Position numbers and translations under genes: made by a program | DNA from: Octopus sinensis | Taxonomy: Eukaryota | Assembly (NCBI RefSeq): GCF_006345805.1 | Contig: NC_043021.1 | Coordinates: 22,506,001 to 22,570,000 of the forward strand | Reading direction: 5' to 3' | Length of the DNA stretch: 64,000 nt | Shown here: piece by piece, positions 63,269-64,000 of the stretch | Numbering within the stretch: position 1 is the first letter of the stretch | Layout: every line of letters begins with the position of its first letter | The notes under the pieces: model-generated | Database searches by the model: none | What the model was told of the DNA's origin: nothing | What the model saw: the letters and a program-made list of their open reading frames with translations, nothing else

Positions 63269-64000
63269 AGAGTGCAAGAACACACACACAAACAAGCACG
63301 CATGCAAACACACACAATCACAGATAGACAAACACACAGATGCAAGCGCAAACACACATAGGCGCGCTCACACACACACACACTCACACACGGTTTAACT
63401 TGCCTCAAATCGTACACTTTTGAAAATCCCTCGAAGGTGTAACTAGAGAAATAAGTATAATTATTATTAATTGTTTTATTTTTATCATTGCAGTAACTAT
63501 GCATAGACACTCGAGCAGCATGTGTATTCCTTGACGATACATCAAGTGCTGAGATTTTTATTTTTAAATTCAAATCCCAGTTCTGCATTCTAACACGTAA
63601 CCAGGGGGAATTTTCTTTAAGCTTAACGGAAGCGAATATAAATTCAACGAAACAAGGATTATACTGTAATCCTTCTATTGTAATCCAAAGTTTAATATTT
63701 TCATTTACAAACCTTACAAGTTGCATCACTGAAACATTTGGAAATATACTTTTTCTACACCTTTGCATATACGGATAATACAACTACATTTACACACACA
63801 CATATATATATCATACAATATGAGTATTTCGCGCCCGTACATGAGTAGCACTTACGTGCCTTCGTACTTCCCTGTCAGTATATTTCTTCTTTCTGATTAT
63901 GTGTACGTATATCTAACAAACACACCACATATGCACACGCAAATACATAGATACATACATATATATATATATATTGACATACACACATAACATTTTACCT

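Noticed and set aside
52-63990. Dozens of ORFs rich in IY, HT or CV dipeptides
   Set aside because: They are translations of (AT)n, (CA)n and (TG)n microsatellites, which lack stop codons.

Overview
AT-rich animal genomic DNA, saturated with microsatellites. It is most likely octopus (coleoid cephalopod); this is an inference from the recognisable tRNA-derived SINE families and the (AT)n/(TG)n load, not from a database search. I found no recognisable protein-coding gene, rRNA, true tRNA or CRISPR array, so the window looks intronic or intergenic. Nearly all ORFs in the track are artefacts of microsatellites, low-complexity tracts or SINEs. Supported content: (i) about 35 copies or fragments of three tRNA-derived SINE families, including head-body-body multimers with one fixed junction; (ii) decayed LINE pieces (RTE/CR1-like RT, two R4/Dong-like RLE C-termini, an RTE-like terminal zinc finger); (iii) a Penelope-like GIY-YIG remnant and four short repeats with the same minimal hammerhead-ribozyme-like architecture but variant cores; (iv) mariner and Helitron-like non-autonomous fragments; (v) a ~300-bp near-perfect foldback; (vi) several near-identical tandem or inverted duplications whose breakpoints lie in (AT)n tracts. 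The most interesting signals are the hammerhead-like motif set, the fixed-junction SINE multimers, the foldback and the (AT)n-bounded duplications. Boundaries of degraded repeats are approximate, and family assignments come from motif recognition by eye.
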